DNA from: a virus
Taxonomy: Duplodnaviria > Heunggongvirae > Uroviricota > Caudoviricetes
DNA length: 64,000 nucleotides
IMG/VR virus record: IMGVR_UViG_3300014886_000120
Strand: one strand, 5' to 3'
The translations under genes were made by a program, and so were the position numbers. Of the stretch, positions 48,287 through 58,502 are shown piece by piece. The notes under the pieces are model-generated. The model did not search any database. It was not told the origin of the DNA and saw nothing but the letters and a program-made list of their open reading frames with translations. Position 1 is the stretch's first letter. Each line of letters begins with the position of its first letter.

Positions 48287-48795
48287 GTCTCTCCCTCCTT
48301 TCTTCTTAAAATCTTAGCCATCATATAGCTTCTTTCTAAGATTGCAGACTTAGAGAAGCCATGTCTCTGGAAGAATCTTATACCAGCTTCATTGTTCTTT
48401 CTTACGTATGCACATGCCAGAAACAAATCCCTCTTCACTCCAAAAGCTTCATCTCTAATAACACTGAGAGCATGGTTCAATAAGATGCTAGCTATTCCAA
48501 GTCTCCTGTACTTGTCATGTACTACAAGAGACCCTATTTTCCTGACTTTTACATCTACCCCTATAACACCAAGTATGTCTTCACTTGGCAATGTAACAAA
48601 CAAATAATATCTGACTATGCCCTTTAACACCTTGAAGGATGAGACCCGGTTTAAGTGTCCTTCACCAAACTCTCTTATCATAGACTCAACTATCTTAGCT
48701 GCTTCTTCTTCAGAATACCTCGTAAGCTCCTTCAGTCTAGCTATTTTATAGGATTTAGAATGGATAAGCTTCCTAGCTTCCTCTCTATCAAGCAT
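48283..48795 (-). CDS. GNAT-family N-acetyltransferase
   Basis: VVHDKYRRLGIASILL matches the acetyl-CoA-binding motif A (R/Q-x-x-G-x-G/A). Confidence 0.65.
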   Translation of the reverse strand: MLDREEARKLIHSKSYKIARLKELTRYSEEEAAKIVESMIREFGEGHLNRVSSFKVLKGIVRYYLFVTLPSEDILGVIGVDVKVRKIGSLVVHDKYRRLGIASILLNHALSVIRDEAFGVKRDLFLACAYVRKNNEAGIRFFQRHGFSKSAILERSYMMAKILRRKEGET

Positions 48796-48834
48796 GGGTA
48801 AGTACCCCTAGCTTTTAACGAACAACATACCTAG

Positions 48835-49119
48835 CTAGAAAACACTAACAAGATCTCCCATAGTAACAAAGCCTAGCAGATTTCTATTCCTAAGCTTCTG
48901 ACGGAGCTTATCAGCACAGCTACGGCAGAGCATCTTAGTACATCTCCATGGTATGTACCCTGGTAACGAATGTTTATAGACTGACACAGTATAGATACGT
49001 CTACCTTCATGTTTATTAGACTTGCACATGTCAGATACAAAAGACACCAGTCTAACAATCTCGTCTAAAGAGGAACTCTCATCCTCATATACAGCACAAT
49101 CATCCAGAGAAAAGCTCAT
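48835..49119 (-). CDS. small Cys-rich protein, member of a local paralog family
   Basis: C-terminal LCRSCADKLRQKLRNRN. Confidence 0.4.
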   Translation of the reverse strand: MSFSLDDCAVYEDESSSLDEIVRLVSFVSDMCKSNKHEGRRIYTVSVYKHSLPGYIPWRCTKMLCRSCADKLRQKLRNRNLLGFVTMGDLVSVF

Positions 49120-49125
49120 AACGCA

Positions 49126-49404
49126 TCACCTTATCATAAGGATACCATGTAAAGAAGCTTGGTATCCCCTATTGGCTAGCCTCTTTAGAAGCTCGTCTGC
49201 ACACTTATGGCATAGAACAGTGGCATATTTCAAATAGTAGCTACCCCCTATATGATATATTCTCCTTAGTGGAAGGACATAAACCACATATGCCTCCCTA
49301 ACGGTGTGACAACTTGAGTTGCACCTATGACTTATCATGTTTATTAGCATTCTCACAGCATCGTGTTCCGGGATACCACATTTATCCTGATATATTAGGC
49401 TCAT
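49126..49404 (-). CDS. small Cys-rich protein, paralog family
   Basis: LCHKCADELLKRLANRG. Confidence 0.4.
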   Translation of the reverse strand: MSLIYQDKCGIPEHDAVRMLINMISHRCNSSCHTVREAYVVYVLPLRRIYHIGGSYYLKYATVLCHKCADELLKRLANRGYQASLHGILMIR

Positions 49405-49417
49405 TTCTTGAGTCCAC

Positions 49418-49978
49418 CTATCTAAAGTATTTTCTGATATGCTCCATTATTATCCTGTCTATCTCACTCTCTCTCCATTCAGAGTTGCAGCACCAACATC
49501 TGGTAACCCCAAACTTGTCCTCATAGAAAAACCTACAGTGACACACGTGACAGTGTCTCGGCACAGTAAGTACTGAAAGTCTTATTATCCCACATTCTGG
49601 GCACACCAGTCTACCCTGTAAATCTCTCTTGCATACTGGACAAATAAACCTGTATTCTCCATTACCTAGACTTGCATCTTTCTCATTAGCTTCATAACAG
49701 TCTTCACATAGGGTAGAGTTTTCCATACGAGGATTCTTTTTACACCATATACACAGCTCTTCTACAGACTCTATGGTAACAACCCTATGAACTATTCCAC
49801 CTCTATTTCTAACCCTTGGTTCTAGCTCATTGAAGCAGTTGAGACATAGCTTGGTCTGTACTGTCCTAAGTCGTCCCCTATTTGAGTCATACGGGAACCT
49901 AAAGGTGACTATCACTTGTTTAGTATGACTTGAACATTTAGCTTCTGCACTTTCAATTAGCTCTTGTATTTCAGACAT
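49418..49978 (-). CDS. multi-zinc-ribbon protein, paralog family
   Basis: CLNCFNELEPRVRNRG plus four further CxxC pairs. Confidence 0.4.
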   Translation of the reverse strand: MSEIQELIESAEAKCSSHTKQVIVTFRFPYDSNRGRLRTVQTKLCLNCFNELEPRVRNRGGIVHRVVTIESVEELCIWCKKNPRMENSTLCEDCYEANEKDASLGNGEYRFICPVCKRDLQGRLVCPECGIIRLSVLTVPRHCHVCHCRFFYEDKFGVTRCWCCNSEWRESEIDRIIMEHIRKYFR

Positions 49979-50074
49979 CCTTACTCATCCCATTTACAAG
50001 AGTAGTAACAAATATCACTATCTCTATAAGCATTACACATTTCAGACTGTTCTTCTATTCCCTTATTTCCGGAC

Positions 50075-50302
50075 TTATGGCTCCCTATTCTTCAGCTTTG
50101 AAGCTATCTTACAAAAACAGCTGTTACACAATATAGCTCCAAATGGCATAGACCCCACTAGAAAAATGAATAGCCTCTTGTCTGAATGTTCACACTTCCT
50201 CTCAGCTTCCTTTACAATACCCAATACTTCTTCTCTCATCTCTAGTACTCCTCTGTATGACATAGACGTATCTCCATAAGATTCAGTAATAACCTTCAAC
50301 AA
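50075..50302 (-). CDS. small Cys-rich protein, paralog family
   Basis: CNSCFCKIASKLKNR. Confidence 0.35.
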   Translation of the reverse strand: MLKVITESYGDTSMSYRGVLEMREEVLGIVKEAERKCEHSDKRLFIFLVGSMPFGAILCNSCFCKIASKLKNREP

Positions 50303-50513
50303 ATCTAGGGAGTATAGCTTTTCTGTTCCTTAATTTAGGAACTATCTTAATGAAGCACTCCTTACATACTATTATGCCATAGGGGATAGCTCTAACCACA
50401 AAGACAATGAGATCCTTGTCTGTATGGTTACAGTTCTTTTCAGCCTTCTTAATGATTTCTATTATATCTTTTCTGATGTCTTCCTCTCTATTTCTCAGCT
50501 CTAACAGAAACAT
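50283..50513 (-). CDS. small Cys-rich protein, paralog family
   Basis: CKECFIKIVPKLRNR. Confidence 0.35.
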   Translation of the reverse strand: MFLLELRNREEDIRKDIIEIIKKAEKNCNHTDKDLIVFVVRAIPYGIIVCKECFIKIVPKLRNRKAILPRFVEGYY

Positions 50514-50721
50514 TTTTCATCACTTCTAACAATCTGGTAACTACCCTTCCTTCATAGCTTCTTCAGCTACTCTCCTGAATACTTTAGGAATAAGGAGATA
50601 AAGCTTTCCAGTAGTAATATCATATTCTTCCCTTAAACATCTGGTGTCAAGTCCAAGTCTTCTCAGCCTTTGCTTATGCTTCCATAGCTCCATTCTGGAG
50701 AGGAATGGAACCTTAATGTAC

Positions 50722-51105
50722 TCATCTCTGACCATATTTCCTAACTCCCTGGTATCTCCCACTACATTCCAGAATCTCTTTAACGTTTATCCCAGATAGC
50801 AGCTTGTCAAGATTCTCCTTTGGAATGTTCATTCTAGAGCTAAAGACTTCAGCTACTTTATCTTGGTTCCTGTAATATTCATTGTCATGATACTTCGTCT
50901 TGGATAACTTGTGAGCTATTTCATGCACTACAGTAGCCACCACTTGTTCCTCAGACTTGCATATATTCGAGTTGACGAATATATGAAGAGAGTTGTTAAC
51001 CAAAGCTATACATCCTATCTCATCCTCAAGAGCAGATGATAGGTGTATCTCCACTGGTTCATTGAGTATCTCCTCTGAGATACGTTTTATCCTTCTAAAC
51101 CTCAT
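50722..51105 (-). CDS. HExxH-motif protein, putative zinc-dependent peptidase
   Basis: VATVVHEIAHKLSKTKYH; 127 aa; directly downstream of the GATase gene. Confidence 0.35.
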   Translation of the reverse strand: MRFRRIKRISEEILNEPVEIHLSSALEDEIGCIALVNNSLHIFVNSNICKSEEQVVATVVHEIAHKLSKTKYHDNEYYRNQDKVAEVFSSRMNIPKENLDKLLSGINVKEILECSGRYQGVRKYGQR

Positions 51106-51123
51106 CCTTACACCACCTCTACT

Positions 51124-51882
51124 TTAATACAAGTACACAGTTGAACCTTTAGTCTTGGTCTTAAACCCACTCCTATAACCATAGTCATACCTATAATCGT
51201 AATAGTAGAAGCCATAGTCACCAATCTCCCTTATGCCTCTGGATGTTATCTGATAGAGACAGTTGGTCTCTGGTTTAAAGGTCAACACATTAGAGAACTT
51301 GCCCAGTCTCTTACCAAATATTCTGCATCCATCCTTAAGAGCTGACTCTGTACTAGCAAACACTAGAGCCTTATGTGGAATATACCCTACTGGAGATGGA
51401 TTGTGGTTAGACCATAGGAATATAGACCTTGGATTATCCCTCTTACATAGTGCTATAGCAGCTGTCCCCCTTATTTCATCCAAAGCTTTAGTCAACCCGT
51501 ATCTCTCTATGTAGGAGAGGATAATCTCTGAGTCTACTTGACCTATATACTCATACTTGGATAGTCTCTGGCTATATATGATACCATTATGCACCAGAAT
51601 CCAACGCTTCGAGTACAAGGGATGGTTGTTATGTGGGTTCTTAGGAGTACCTTGGGTAGCTTGCCTAGTGTGTAGCAACGTTATATAACCAAATCGTTTA
51701 GGGAAGATACTGAGCTTGACGAATATAGAGGCTCTCACTGGAGCTTTAACTATGGTGCCGTTAGTGTATATCCCAGTTGCATCTTTCCCTCGATACTCTA
51801 TCTCTAGCAACAGTTGTCTGGCAAGTCTTCTAGCTTCTCTCTGGGTTAATCCCAGGTTAAGGAAACCAGCTATCCCACACAT
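51124..51882 (-). CDS. class-II (Ntn) glutamine amidotransferase domain protein
   Basis: N-terminal MCGIAG nucleophile-cysteine motif typical of AsnB/PurF/GlmS-type GATase II; 252 aa stand-alone. Confidence 0.65.
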   Translation of the reverse strand: MCGIAGFLNLGLTQREARRLARQLLLEIEYRGKDATGIYTNGTIVKAPVRASIFVKLSIFPKRFGYITLLHTRQATQGTPKNPHNNHPLYSKRWILVHNGIIYSQRLSKYEYIGQVDSEIILSYIERYGLTKALDEIRGTAAIALCKRDNPRSIFLWSNHNPSPVGYIPHKALVFASTESALKDGCRIFGKRLGKFSNVLTFKPETNCLYQITSRGIREIGDYGFYYYDYRYDYGYRSGFKTKTKGSTVYLY

Positions 51883-51903
51883 ATCAAGATTACCTCCTCT
51901 TCT

Positions 51904-53520
51904 CTAGGTAAAACCCTCTATTTTCCTAGGTAACACTCCTGGCTTTCTCCTAACCTTCTTAAACATCTTGTCCTTATCTACGATCTTGATGCCATGTCTA
52001 TCTAGCTCTTCTATTATAGCTGCCTTTAGAGATAGAAGTATCCTATCAAACTCTTCACGACTAATAAGACCCTTCCTAAAGCTGTATGGTAAGCCAAAGC
52101 AATTACTTGGTCTAGAAATATCAGTAGCTTGAGAGTACCCGTCTAGCCTAAAGCCATACAGCTGCTTCCCTCTCTCTCTCCTTAGCCCAAACAGTACTAT
52201 ATCGTAAGGATGATTAAGGTACATTTCTAGCTCTTTAAGAACTATCCTGGTTATTTCTAAAGACCACTCATCTGAGAATCCAATAGACAGCTTGTAACCT
52301 TCACTAGTCGGGATACCCCAGTTACCCAAAATGTTATAATAGTGATTTCGTAGCTTGCCAGTAGCAAATGCTCTAAACAGCTTGTACTCTCTTCTTGACA
52401 ACCCACATATACGTTTGTAGTCTTCGTACTTCAATCTCCTATTGTACACTATCCGTCTATGGTTGACATAGTAATTAGCTACACCTCTGGCTATCTTCAA
52501 GACTATCCTAGCTATCTCTGGGAAGCATAGCCATGCAGATGGAGGTGTACGATACTCGAATCCCCATGGCTTAGGTTCAATAGCTGATAATCTGTTGTAT
52601 CCATGTCTAGCATGACCAGACTCACTCCTTAAAGGCTTACCTATAAAGTCATCCAACATCTTTATTAGGTTACCACTTGGGAATATACCAAAATGTATGT
52701 GTCCACCAAGAGGATCATGGTCTCCTTTGACTCCAATAATATGATATACCCTGCTAGCCTTCATCAACAAATTGTGAATGTTACGTACTAGCTGTACATG
52801 ACTCACTGAAGGTTCTGGTCTTATCTCTAGCTGGCTACCAGCTCCATCACACCCAACATCTTCATGATACCCAGGAGTGTAATCCTCAGCTCTAACTATC
52901 CTCCCACCAATGAACACTTCAAATTCTGGATCACATCCTATGGTAACCTTGACAGCCCTCTTTCTCTTCTTGACCTTAGATAATGGAACCAGACCAAAAT
53001 GCTCTAGTGAAGATAGCATAGAGCTCAAAATGTCATGCTGAGTAGCTGTATAGTCATGAGTAAAGTCAGACAAAACCAGTACCTTTAGCTTTGGACAATA
53101 CCCACCACAGACAAGTTCGTTCAATTTAAGCTTTACACAGGCTCTAGATATGAACTCTATCTGAGAAGATATTAGATCGTCCCAGCATGAACCAAGCTCG
53201 TTAGACGGAGCTGTGAAGGGGATTAACACTTCTTGCTTCATATTACAAGAGACACAGTCAAGCTGACGTAGCTCTCTTGAACATCCAGAGAATATTAAAC
53301 ATTTAGACTCGTCTGATGACGGTACTTTAGGGTCATGGTATATTATCTCTGAATGTGCTGCTACACAGCTGAAATACTTTGATAGGAGGTCAATGTAGTA
53401 GCTGCTATGTTCCATAGTCTTCAGGACGCCAGGTACTACACTTGTCCCACCAGATAGAACTATCTTGTCTGAGTTCTTACTCTCCTCTCTCCTAGGCATT
53501 TTAATCTCCTCTTCTAGCAT
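51904..53520 (-). CDS. large hypothetical protein, candidate carboxylate-amine ligase (GS-like amidoligase) or PP-loop synthetase partner of the GATase
   Basis: GCDPEFEVFIGG resembles the ExE metal-binding strand of the glutamine-synthetase fold (GPEPEFF). N-terminal VLSGGTSVV is a degenerate PP-loop-like SGG motif. 22-nt gap to the GATase gene. Confidence 0.35.
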   Translation of the reverse strand: MLEEEIKMPRREESKNSDKIVLSGGTSVVPGVLKTMEHSSYYIDLLSKYFSCVAAHSEIIYHDPKVPSSDESKCLIFSGCSRELRQLDCVSCNMKQEVLIPFTAPSNELGSCWDDLISSQIEFISRACVKLKLNELVCGGYCPKLKVLVLSDFTHDYTATQHDILSSMLSSLEHFGLVPLSKVKKRKRAVKVTIGCDPEFEVFIGGRIVRAEDYTPGYHEDVGCDGAGSQLEIRPEPSVSHVQLVRNIHNLLMKASRVYHIIGVKGDHDPLGGHIHFGIFPSGNLIKMLDDFIGKPLRSESGHARHGYNRLSAIEPKPWGFEYRTPPSAWLCFPEIARIVLKIARGVANYYVNHRRIVYNRRLKYEDYKRICGLSRREYKLFRAFATGKLRNHYYNILGNWGIPTSEGYKLSIGFSDEWSLEITRIVLKELEMYLNHPYDIVLFGLRRERGKQLYGFRLDGYSQATDISRPSNCFGLPYSFRKGLISREEFDRILLSLKAAIIEELDRHGIKIVDKDKMFKKVRRKPGVLPRKIEGFT

Positions 53521-53726
53521 CTATAAACTGGAGTCTTCTTCCTGACAATCTCCACTTTTTGTATGAGCTCACCCTTCTTGATTAGCTCCAGGACAACTAT
53601 CTTGTCTCTTGGAGGTAATGCCTTGATTCTCTCCACTAGAGCTTTGCTGTCCATCTTCTCTATGCTCTCCATAAGCTTCTTTATCTCTTCTAGAAGCTCT
53701 CTACACTCTTCACACAGACTTGACAC
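53514..53726 (-). CDS. hypothetical protein
   Basis: 70 aa, coiled-coil-like; overlaps the start of the large gene. Confidence 0.3.
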   Translation of the reverse strand: MSSLCEECRELLEEIKKLMESIEKMDSKALVERIKALPPRDKIVVLELIKKGELIQKVEIVRKKTPVYRC

Positions 53727-53898
53727 AGCTAGGTCTCCTCCTTATCTCCTTTAGCTGAACTAGATTGAACTCTTCAGTAACCCATTTCATAAAGACGGTA
53801 CAGAAGAGTTCACATCCCTCATCGGTTGTTCCTTTATTCCTTAAACATCTATCACATGGGTTCTCCAATTCTAGCTCTCCTTTGAAGACAGTAACCAT
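53710..53898 (-). CDS. small zinc-finger protein
   Basis: CDRC...CELFC. Confidence 0.3.
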   Translation of the reverse strand: MVTVFKGELELENPCDRCLRNKGTTDEGCELFCTVFMKWVTEEFNLVQLKEIRRRPSCVKSV

Positions 53899-54344
53899 AA
53901 AAGCTGTTTAGCCTTCCCATAAACTATCATCCATAAAACATCCTTTGCTCTGAGCTTATTTTTGGTCATGGATATACGTTCCTTAACAAACACCCTATAG
54001 AACTTACTTGGAGACACTGTAACAAACTTGTTAGTGCTAGGATTATAAATGCGTGAGCTAGTAACCATGGAAGTAATCAAGTGTGGAATTGGAATACAAT
54101 AAAGGCTTTTAGAAGTAGGGAACTCTGTTAGGATTGTAATGTTACTACATGATAGTAATGGGTGTGCCCTATAAATTATCATATGGATACTCTCTTCAGT
54201 ATATTCATGTACCCATGTAGAGATGCTGGTTAGCCTCCCCATTATACCGAATCTTGTCCTTCTATTGAACCCAGCACCATAGACTCCTTTAGCTCCGTCT
54301 GGTAACCTCTCCACTTTGGGTTGATAGACTTCTACAACACTCAT
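53871..54344 (-). CDS. hypothetical protein
   Basis: 157 aa. Confidence 0.35.
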   Translation of the reverse strand: MSVVEVYQPKVERLPDGAKGVYGAGFNRRTRFGIMGRLTSISTWVHEYTEESIHMIIYRAHPLLSCSNITILTEFPTSKSLYCIPIPHLITSMVTSSRIYNPSTNKFVTVSPSKFYRVFVKERISMTKNKLRAKDVLWMIVYGKAKQLLWLLSSKES

Positions 54345-55104
54345 CTATACACAGCTCCTCTAATCTCTCCGTAGATGAGCTGGCAATTGGTAACAAGGGT
54401 GGAGGTTACACAGAAAAACTATGCCAGCTCTGGGAAGCTACCATGGAGTCAGAGAAGCTATACATCAGACGCTAGGATACGAGATACTCTCTCTCCTTTC
54501 CTGAATTTTGATTTAGCTTTAGCTTTCAAGTGTATGATAATGTCTCCTGGTATCTTTACGGTGTATTCTTTATCCAGCCTTATATCACCCTCTATTTGTT
54601 CCTCGATTATCTTATAGATTCTCCACAGGAACCTAGCATCTCTTAGAGCTTCATATTCATCAGACAACATACTCTATCACCTTGAAACCTGGTAACCATA
54701 ACTTTGTAGAATAAGTACTCTTATCTCCATATCCTCTCCTCTACTCTATTACACCACGGTTCAAATTTACATCCTTTACATGGTCTAGCTATCTTGCATA
54801 GTCTGGGAAATGGATACTATATTTCCATGTTTGTCGTACTCAATAGTAAAATGAACTTTCAACATTCTAGCTCACTTTAAGTGTCTCAAGCTCTATATCC
54901 AAGCCTATCTTCTACCTTCAATACCTTCTCTAAGTATCCTAGCATATTCTCTCTTCAGTCTGGTAGCTCCAGAAATGAAGTGTCTAAGAGCTCTCTCTAC
55001 AGCTTCAGGATGGTCTCTCAATATACCCTCGTCTATAACACCTACTTTTATCTCATACAAGACCAGAGGCATTCTTATCTCCTCATCATAAAGTCACTAT
55101 CAAC

Positions 55105-55121
55105 TATATCTGAGAGATATA
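55105..55121. promoter_or_regulatory. motif 1 copy
   Basis: TATATCTGAGAGATATA. Confidence 0.4.
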
Positions 55122-55348
55122 GTTCCTAGCTTATTTCTTCTTGAGTAGGTAATAAAGTAAATAGAAGATGTACCCCATAACCAGGACATGGAATAGGAAC
55201 ATTGGAAGCTTCACCATGATGGTAACTTTAACGTCATAAATGAGCATTATAAGAAGACATGATAAGTTAGTCACAAACAAAATAGACCATAGTAAGAGAA
55301 GTCTGAATAAGGTTTGAGAATCAGAGTTCATACTCAAGTCCTCTAAGC

Positions 55349-55675
55349 TTATTCATCTTCTCCAAGAAGCTTAGATACCATCATAGCCGATAGGATACAA
55401 GCATCCATACAGTTGTGAAGCATGGTTGTCTTAGCTGAGCTTCTACCTATTTCAGCTATCTCATGCTTAAGGTGGGCATATATCTCCCCTAAGCTCTTGT
55501 CTCTCCACTCATCCATTTTCTTGGCTTCTTGTTCTATATAGCTACCCAAAGAAGCAAAGAAAGCTCTTATCAGTCTGTCTCTAGAGCTGCACATTCTTAT
55601 GTCTTCTTCTCTAGAGACCCTCATACTTGACATAATTCTCTTCTCCACATATCTTTTTAGACGACGTATCCTCAT
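55349..55675 (-). CDS. hypothetical protein
   Basis: 108 aa. Confidence 0.3.
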   Translation of the reverse strand: MRIRRLKRYVEKRIMSSMRVSREEDIRMCSSRDRLIRAFFASLGSYIEQEAKKMDEWRDKSLGEIYAHLKHEIAEIGRSSAKTTMLHNCMDACILSAMMVSKLLGEDE

Positions 55676-55680
55676 GAGTG

Positions 55681-55998
55681 TTACTTGATTATATAGCCTA
55701 GTACTGAAGCTCTAAGGTTCACTCTCACAACTGTAGGATAGAATGTATCCCTCTTGACTATCTCAAATTCATTGATATTGTTGTACTCCAGAATATTCAG
55801 CACATCATCAAGCTTCTCTCTAGGGAACACTAGCTCAGCTATCCCATGTTTAGGATAGTAAGTTACATTCCTAATTCCCTTGGCTATCTCTGAACCCATA
55901 ACAAACAGCTCCAGTATCTTGTTAGAGTCTTCCTTGAAGACAAACACTACGTCTCTCTCCTTGCTAAGTAGCTGGTCTATTCTCTCTCTTATGGACAT
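55681..55998 (-). CDS. hypothetical protein
   Basis: 105 aa. Confidence 0.3.
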   Translation of the reverse strand: MSIRERIDQLLSKERDVVFVFKEDSNKILELFVMGSEIAKGIRNVTYYPKHGIAELVFPREKLDDVLNILEYNNINEFEIVKRDTFYPTVVRVNLRASVLGYIIK

Positions 55999-56038
55999 TA
56001 TACATCACTCCTTGAAGAGATGACTAGGCTATAACATC

Positions 56039-56284
56039 TCAACGTCTAGAAAGTTCTCTCAAAATATCAATGTTCCTTTTAATTGATTCTTCAAGAGCTT
56101 CTCTAAATAGAAGCTTCTTACAAATGAACCAATAGTCACACTGCTCCCTTCCACATCTAGCTCTGTCTCTATCAAATGCTACACAACATATAATCTCTTC
56201 TCTTATCTCTTCTAGAATCTCATCAAGATTATCCTCTCTAGAGGTCAATGTGTTTATCTCCTTCAGTCTGTTACATCCTAACAA
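56039..56284 (-). CDS. small Cys-containing protein
   Basis: 81 aa. Confidence 0.3.
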   Translation of the reverse strand: MLGCNRLKEINTLTSREDNLDEILEEIREEIICCVAFDRDRARCGREQCDYWFICKKLLFREALEESIKRNIDILRELSRR

Positions 56285-56675
56285 TTCGTTCTCTTATTTC
56301 CTCTAGAGCTTTAGTGATCTCTTCAGGTAATCGATGACTAAGGTCTATTGCTTCCTTTTCTGTGAGGTATATATTCATAGAAACACTACGATCCTCTATT
56401 CTTATCGTTAGGTATTTGTCTCTTTTCTTAGGTGGGACAACCCACACATACACCATTGTAACACCCTCAAACCGAGCTACTTAAGTAGGTTATCTAGGGT
56501 GACTCTTCTTACTTTATAAACATCAGAAGTCAAGTTGCATATTCCATATAAACCACAATCTCTACAGCTATGGATAATCCTCTTCTTACCGAATGGATAT
56601 TTGTATGGTTTAGGAGTCTTGAGACACTTCTGTATTTCCATTACCTTATCCAAAGAATCCTCTCCATGCATCTTG

Positions 56676-57257
56676 TTATGGTAAGCTGCAAACAATTGAA
56701 TAATGCTTAATAGCCCGATTACTCAACAAGAGCTTTCTAAGCTCTTCACCCTTCTTTAGGAGCTCCATCAGTAGGGAAAATCTCTCATTAAGTAACCTTA
56801 TAGTTTTGCTAAACAATCTATAATCCTTAAGCTCCCGTTCTAGCCTACCACAAATATATTCAATACAGAGATGAGGTCTATGGACATACTTGAGTGAGCA
56901 TCCATCTTCAGACAGAAATATACACCTAGGTTTAGGCTTATCCTTCAACTTGTCTATCATGCCTAGGATATAAGCTGAAGCTCCTATGACTGCATTAAAG
57001 AAATAATCTTCATCTGTAAAGTAAGAATCATAGTTCTTACAACAACAATCTGAGCATCCATTACAAGAAGTAGCTCTAGAGAATATAGCCTCCAGCTCCT
57101 TAGTTACATTGACAATCTCATCGGCTATACGGTGAATCTCCCCTCTAAGGTGGCTAGGTATCTGTCCATAAAGTTTATGATAATAGATTATCTTGTCCCT
57201 ACGTTCCTTTAGTCTAGAACCCCTGGATAAGAGGATGATACCAGACATTAATATCAC
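56676..57257 (-). CDS. CxxCxxCC putative Fe/Zn-chelating domain protein
   Basis: CNGCSDCCC motif plus further Cys (CIEYIC). Confidence 0.4.
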   Translation of the reverse strand: MILMSGIILLSRGSRLKERRDKIIYYHKLYGQIPSHLRGEIHRIADEIVNVTKELEAIFSRATSCNGCSDCCCKNYDSYFTDEDYFFNAVIGASAYILGMIDKLKDKPKPRCIFLSEDGCSLKYVHRPHLCIEYICGRLERELKDYRLFSKTIRLLNERFSLLMELLKKGEELRKLLLSNRAIKHYSIVCSLP

Positions 57258-57630
57258 TTCAAAACTGCTTTATCATTAGTCTATAGCTGCCTAATCATAG
57301 AATAATGAGCTAGAGTACTCCCCTTATCCTGGTCTTATCAGCATCTAACCTCTACTTCTCTATCTCTCCTATCTGCTTCACTTCCTAATTAAAGCCTTTA
57401 GCTCCTTTTCCTTCTTTTCCATCAGCTCTAGAAATTCCTTAAATGTCCTAGCTCCTAGAGGGTATTTCAAGTCAACCCCTAAGCTTCTCATGGAGGTTAC
57501 AGTCCTATACACATACATCTTATACTTGAGCCTCCAGTACCATCCTGTATCTTCTCTCATAGTAATTACTGTCCGCCTCTTGAATAATGCTACTATAGCT
57601 CTCCTTATCTTTGACATTCTAGCTCTCATC

Positions 57631-57647
57631 TATATCTCTCCCATATA
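57631..57647. promoter_or_regulatory. motif 1 degenerate copy
   Basis: TATATCTCTCCCATATA, at the start of 57378-57629. Confidence 0.3.
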
Positions 57648-57834
57648 GTAATACTACTCATACCAGATAGCCCTTAACGATAAACCGTCTATGGTTCGTT
57701 ATCATAGGTCTTCATTCCTTATAGGGTAGAATAAAAGGAGTTTATAGTACTCCTTGTCCCTTTCTACCCTATGCTTAGCCTCCCCATTTTCTATATGCGA
57801 GGTCTAAGCCTATAATATAGGGACTATGATTCAC

Positions 57835-58440
57835 CTAGAAGGGATAGCTGCACCCAGAGAAAATAGCTTTTTTAGGTCTAAAAGTGATTACCTTCATTTT
57901 ATCCTTGTGATAAGCCTCTTTAGGTTTGTCCTCAATATATCTATACTTGGCATGAGGACAAGTCTTACACATACTTACGGGTATAAGCTCACCATTCTTT
58001 TTAGGACAGCTAACAGCTAAAACTGTCTGAGTCTTGGATATAGGGGTTATAGGCTTAAGCTCAATCTTCCTCTTAACCTCTATCAACCTACTGGAAATCC
58101 TATTCAAGACAGACTTAACATATCTAGGTAGTTTAGTGTCTAGGTAATAACGGTCTAACATATCATAATGGTTGAACTCCATAACCTCTCTTGTCTTGAG
58201 GTTTAAAACTATAACTCTAACCATCTGTGAGTTGCCATAAGCTCTAATATTATAATTCTTAACAGTTAATCCCTTTATGCTAAATATGTCCTCAATAGGT
58301 TTTGAGAAGGTAGATATAGGCTTACCATCTGCTGGGTATATAGTAACCTTAAGCTCCTGGGTATCCTCTACCAGAAATATTTGTCTATTCTTCTTACCCT
58401 TAACAACAATTATCTTTTTCTCAGCTATAGTAAATACCAT
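57835..58440 (-). CDS. hypothetical protein (201 aa)
   Basis: C-terminal CKTCPH. Confidence 0.35.
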   Translation of the reverse strand: MVFTIAEKKIIVVKGKKNRQIFLVEDTQELKVTIYPADGKPISTFSKPIEDIFSIKGLTVKNYNIRAYGNSQMVRVIVLNLKTREVMEFNHYDMLDRYYLDTKLPRYVKSVLNRISSRLIEVKRKIELKPITPISKTQTVLAVSCPKKNGELIPVSMCKTCPHAKYRYIEDKPKEAYHKDKMKVITFRPKKAIFSGCSYPF

Positions 58441-58502
58441 AATCTCACCATCATGCTACTACAAAAAAAGAAGAGGGTAGGACAGAGTATAAGCTCAAGA
58501 GC

